A stretch of 64,000 bases of DNA from positions 4,900,001-4,964,000 of the forward strand of contig CM119372.1 in NCBI GenBank assembly GCA_051294905.1, written 5' to 3'. The stretch comes from Botryllus schlosseri. Taxonomy: Eukaryota. Both the position numbers and the translations under genes were made by a program. This document shows, piece after piece, positions 62,001-64,000 of this stretch (position 1 is its first letter; each line of letters begins with the position of its first letter). The notes beneath the pieces were generated by a model, which saw only the letters and a program-made list of their open reading frames with translations, ran no database searches and was not told the DNA's origin.

Positions 62001-63903
62001 CATTTGCCTTTTTCTGTGTTCGGGGGGCTCGGTGGAAGCTTTAAAGCATAGCGCGCGTTGTTAGCTCCCGGTGCACAGCTGGCTTGGAACGGATCTGAAT
62101 GATTACAGATTACAGAGATTTCAATATACCAATGAATTTCCGTGGAAACAACGAAATTATACTGTTTTAGTACCGAACATTTCGGTGGGTGTAATTATTA
62201 TGGAAGATATGGGAACCATTCATAAACCTACATAATTCGCTGATTGCCATCATCGTCTACTGCAGTGGTTCTCAACCGGGGGTCCGCGGACCCCTGGGGG
62301 TCCGTGAAGCATTTTCAGGGGGTCCGCGAAACCTCTAAATTTGTAGAATGATTGACAACCTATTTTTTATTCATTTTTTAATTAGGCAAAGCATGAGCCA
62401 GTTTCGCTTCATAATTGCTAAAACTTTAGGAATCACATGATTAAAATGGTCGTCTCAGATGAAATATCTGACTGTGCAAACTAATTTTAATTATAAAATT
62501 GCCAATAGCCCGCTGATACAAACGTATTGCTGTTCATAGATGTTTTGTTTGGGTTCGTGGAAAAATGAAATGCTGAAGATAGGAAAATATAATAGGGTGA
62601 CTTGAAATGTTTGCAAAACATTTTGGATTTGGAGTTGCCAGTCTCAGCAAATTAGTAAACAGTCGTTTGAAATAGAAATTCCTGAATTTTTTCCTAATCT
62701 GTCCCAATAAAGGAATTGAAACCTCGCCACGAAATCCATTTTCTCCTGTGATATAACCACTAAATAACATCAATATGAGATGCTAGATAGAAATGACTAT
62801 GCTGGACGTGATGTGTTCTTTAAAAAGTCACACCAATAGCGGTCGTAAGAAGCGTTGCGCGTTAATATTACAATCGCCACCAATATATCTTCGTGGAAAT
62901 GGATTGTCGGCACTCGTTCAAATCAAATCGAAGACGCGGATTTTCAAGACAATGAATACAGCTGGAAAATTCCTTTCGAAATAATAAAAGTCTACCCAAT
63001 TTCCACATATAGTGTGCTGTTATTTTCAAGATCAGTCATTTTGTGGCTGTTTATCACTAACCTGCTATTGATATTCGCACAAGACATATGACGGTTTTCA
63101 CGTCAATTCAGGTAATTTTAAACGAAAACTTGAGGGGGTCCGTGACGGTCCAGAAGGGGTCCGCGAAGACAAAAAGGTTGAGAACCACTGGTCTACTGAA
63201 TAAATGTTGCACCACGTCGTAAAAAGAGCATAAAACAGTTTCGCATTTTTCAGTTAGCGAATTTGCTAGCAGCGTAGTGATTACAGTTGAAGAACGACCG
63301 TATCATTGGAATAAACAACAAATAATGACGCACTAACATTTTCCAGTCCGTGGGTCCTATGTTATCAGAAAAGAAGTGAGGATGATCATGATCATTGATC
63401 AATGATCACGATGCCTATAAGTAAAGTGATGTGAGTGTGGTGTAAAATGACCTCGTTGGTGCGGTATTGAGCTGACCCTGACACCGCGATATCAATAGTA
63501 CGAGTAGAATATATTTCATCAAACGATAGTCGATACACTACCCTGCGCAGTGCGCATGGAACGCAAAAGGCTGCTTGACACTATACTAATAGTGTGTTTT
63601 GTTACCGTAGAGCTGGAAGTGATCAATGCTAGCGGAGCTTAGACTATGGTGGCGAGCTAATGTCCCCATCGGCATGTTCCAACCGGCCGATTTCCCAATT
63701 GCGGTGTGACAGGATTTAGCATTTTTCAGAGTGCACATGGTGATATGCTCGTTCTCCGTTTTCACAGCTGCCAAACTGAAGTATCCAGAGTCTGAAAATG
63801 TAATAGTAATTTTGTAATTCATTCCATAGGAATTCTTTCAAGTGTGAGAGAGTTACCTCCCATCCCATAGTCTTCGTAGCCGACCACTGAAAGACCCTCA
63901 AAA
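55773..63903 (-). CDS. Transferrin-family protein, six 3' exons (63857-63903, 63606-63791, 61911-62094, 60826-60927, 58874-58994, 55773-55967); 5' part lies beyond the window
   Basis: In-phase GT-AG splicing gives FEGLSVVGYEDYGMGDSGYFSLAAVK...LKNAKSCHTAIGKSAGWNMPMG...FQASCAPG...WCDLCIG...[24 protein letters not shown]...FSLLCKDGSR...WRSCNLGRIPSRGMIMR...DFLGEDYF, the standard transferrin lobe signatures. Confidence 0.93.
57196..57621. mobile_element. Non-autonomous DNA transposon with TAGG(C/G)TTACCATA TIRs
   Basis: TIRs flanked by TGTAAGC; AAAAGAGGAC subterminal repeats; related inverted fragment at ~53345-53552. Confidence 0.8.
57752..57950. repeat. (GACTT/GACTC)n array, end fragment of a transposon similar to 59225-59821
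   Basis: Tandem GACTTGACTCGAGTC units ending in CAACTCTG. Confidence 0.7.
59225..59821. mobile_element. hAT-like MITE with GACTCGAGTC arrays
   Basis: TIR CAGGGTTGTAA / TTACAACCCTG, perfect TSD CAAGACAC. Confidence 0.88.
60665..60708 (+). ncRNA. Family-2 hammerhead in a solo pLTR-like repeat (60620-60740), GAAC core variant
   Basis: GCTGACGATTACCC-CTGACGA-GTGTCAGCC-GAAC-ATATTC-GGGT; flanks align with 24118-24240. Confidence 0.7.
61186..61675. mobile_element. Palindromic MITE with TTAA TSD and AG..CT ends (Kolobok-like)
   Basis: TTAA-AGGGGCAC.GCGCTCTAAAAATG... long near-perfect inverted arms (~225 bp) ...GTGCCCCT-TTAA. Confidence 0.85.
62263..63190. mobile_element. hAT (Buster-like) MITE
   Basis: TIR CAGTGGTTCTCAACC / GGTTGAGAACCACTG, perfect TSD GTCTACTG. 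Confidence 0.9.
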
Positions 63904-64000
63904 CTGAAGAATATGAAATGACTGTGCAGAATCATGACATCAGCTTCATCGTTCTGAAGTATACAGACGATATCATAACGCAGGGGCGTTACACGAAACT

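Overview
Intron-rich animal genomic DNA, most likely an invertebrate chordate such as an ascidian (inference from the Dlx homeodomain, transferrin and short introns). The window holds: (1) the last two exons of a Distal-less/Dlx homeobox gene (+, 2965-4567); (2) a ~32 kb multi-exon type I membrane protein gene (+, 16225 to ~48660) with a signal peptide, repeated FN3-SEA-EGF modules, mucin-like linkers, a TM helix and a probable proline-rich tail; (3) inside one intron of that gene, a very young 7.7 kb Penelope-like retroelement insertion (RT + GIY-YIG) made of one inverted arm and two tandem copies, with a 12-bp TSD and a minimal hammerhead ribozyme in each pseudo-LTR; (4) scattered solo pLTR-like hammerheads of a second family that share a covarying 6-bp pseudoknot; (5) a convergent transferrin-family gene (-, 55773 to beyond the window end) with the iron-ligand His replaced by Arg, plus a tandem pseudogene copy, from a local duplication whose two gene pieces decayed reciprocally; (6) many nested non-autonomous DNA transposons, tRNA-derived SINEs and LINE tails. 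Exon boundaries were called by eye from GT/AG sites and reading-frame phase; no database searches were run.
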